Part shown: one piece after another, positions 63,538 to 64,000 of the stretch | Layout: every line of letters starts with the position of its first letter | How positions within the stretch are numbered: the stretch's first letter is position 1 | NCBI GenBank assembly: GCA_002189035.1 | Contig: NEEC01000014.1 | Location: 1,054,001-1,118,000 of the forward strand | Reading direction: 5' to 3' | Source of the DNA: Utricularia gibba | Taxonomy: Eukaryota; Plantae; Magnoliophyta | Length of the DNA stretch: 64,000 nt | The notes under the pieces: generated by a model | The model's database searches: none | What the model was told of the DNA's origin: nothing | What the model saw: the letters and a program-made list of their open reading frames with translations, nothing else | Made by a program: the position numbers and the translations under genes

Positions 63538-64000
63538 TTACAGGGGTTTGGTCTCAGTCAGCTGCAACCGCTTCTCAACCAGGCGCACAATGAATTCGCC
63601 ATCGCTCACCTTCAGCATTTCCGGGAGAGGCATCAGAAAACCGTAGTCCATCAAAAGCCGGTGTCTTGGCTTGATCTTCCTCTCTAAGCTGAAGGAGAAG
63701 TACTGAGGGAACCTCTTGATTTCCTCCAAGTCTCCATTCATTTCCTTCAAGAAGTACTCAACTTTGGGTCGGTAATTCTTCTCGACGCTCAAGGTCAGGA
63801 GTCTGGGCGACCTCAGGACCATATTTCTGACAACATCGTATTCGATCCCGAGACCCATAAAAAACTCGAGTTTGGGCATGAAAGTGGTCTCGACGCTGGA
63901 AACTAGGAGCAGGGTGGTTTGGGAGGTGAGCCTATTGGGACCTACGAACCCCAATCCGGTGAGGAAATCGAAGGCGGGCTTCAATTGCGAATCGACGTCG
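63538..64000 (-). CDS. MTERF1: mitochondrial transcription termination factor family protein, mTERF1/SOLDAT10-like; 3' part only
   Basis: Open frame to the window end: LLVSSVE...[53 protein letters not shown]. Confidence 0.88.
   Translation of the reverse strand, partial: DVDSQLKPAFDFLTGLGFVGPNRLTSQTTLLLVSSVETTFMPKLEFFMGLGIEYDVVRNMVLRSPRLLTLSVEKNYRPKVEYFLKEMNGDLEEIKRFPQYFSFSLERKIKPRHRLLMDYGFLMPLPEMLKVSDGEFIVRLVEKRLQLTETKPL

Overview
Eukaryotic nuclear DNA from a flowering plant (eudicot) with a very compact genome: about 26 intron-containing or single-exon protein genes plus one tRNA-Ala(AGC) in 64 kb, with most introns about 70-160 nt and short AT-rich spacers. A miniature asterid genome such as Lentibulariaceae would fit, but the species is inference only. 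Gene order: DEAH helicase (partial), type-B ARR11, P-type PPR, RCC1-repeat protein, SEOc and SEOb tandem pair, GNAT, MKP1-like (disrupted), clade-B PP2C, an unrecognised His/Tyr-rich protein, TBL/AXY4, UMAMIT, class II TPS, cis-prenyltransferase, enone oxidoreductase, BOI/SBP RING, PADRE, OB-fold protein, mitochondrial PDH E1-alpha, HD-Zip I, tRNA-Ala, DYW-PPR, PBL kinase, DUF616 protein, CLE45-type peptide, MYB105/117-like, mTERF1 (partial). Highlights: (1) a CLE45-type peptide gene hidden by a frameshift; (2) a candidate GA-AG intron in the DEAH helicase and two GC-AG introns; (3) five or six one-base losses, all placeable in G/C runs (PPR, orphan gene, HD-Zip, tRNA, CLE, possibly ARR11), most likely consensus errors; (4) an MKP1 copy that has lost the AYLM helix, tail-to-tail with a KIM-bearing PP2C; (5) an orphan protein with a duplicated RESWYxKEEY motif. 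No CRISPR array, intact transposon or prokaryotic feature is supported. All exon boundaries were read by eye, and homologue names and AGI codes are from memory and need BLAST confirmation.
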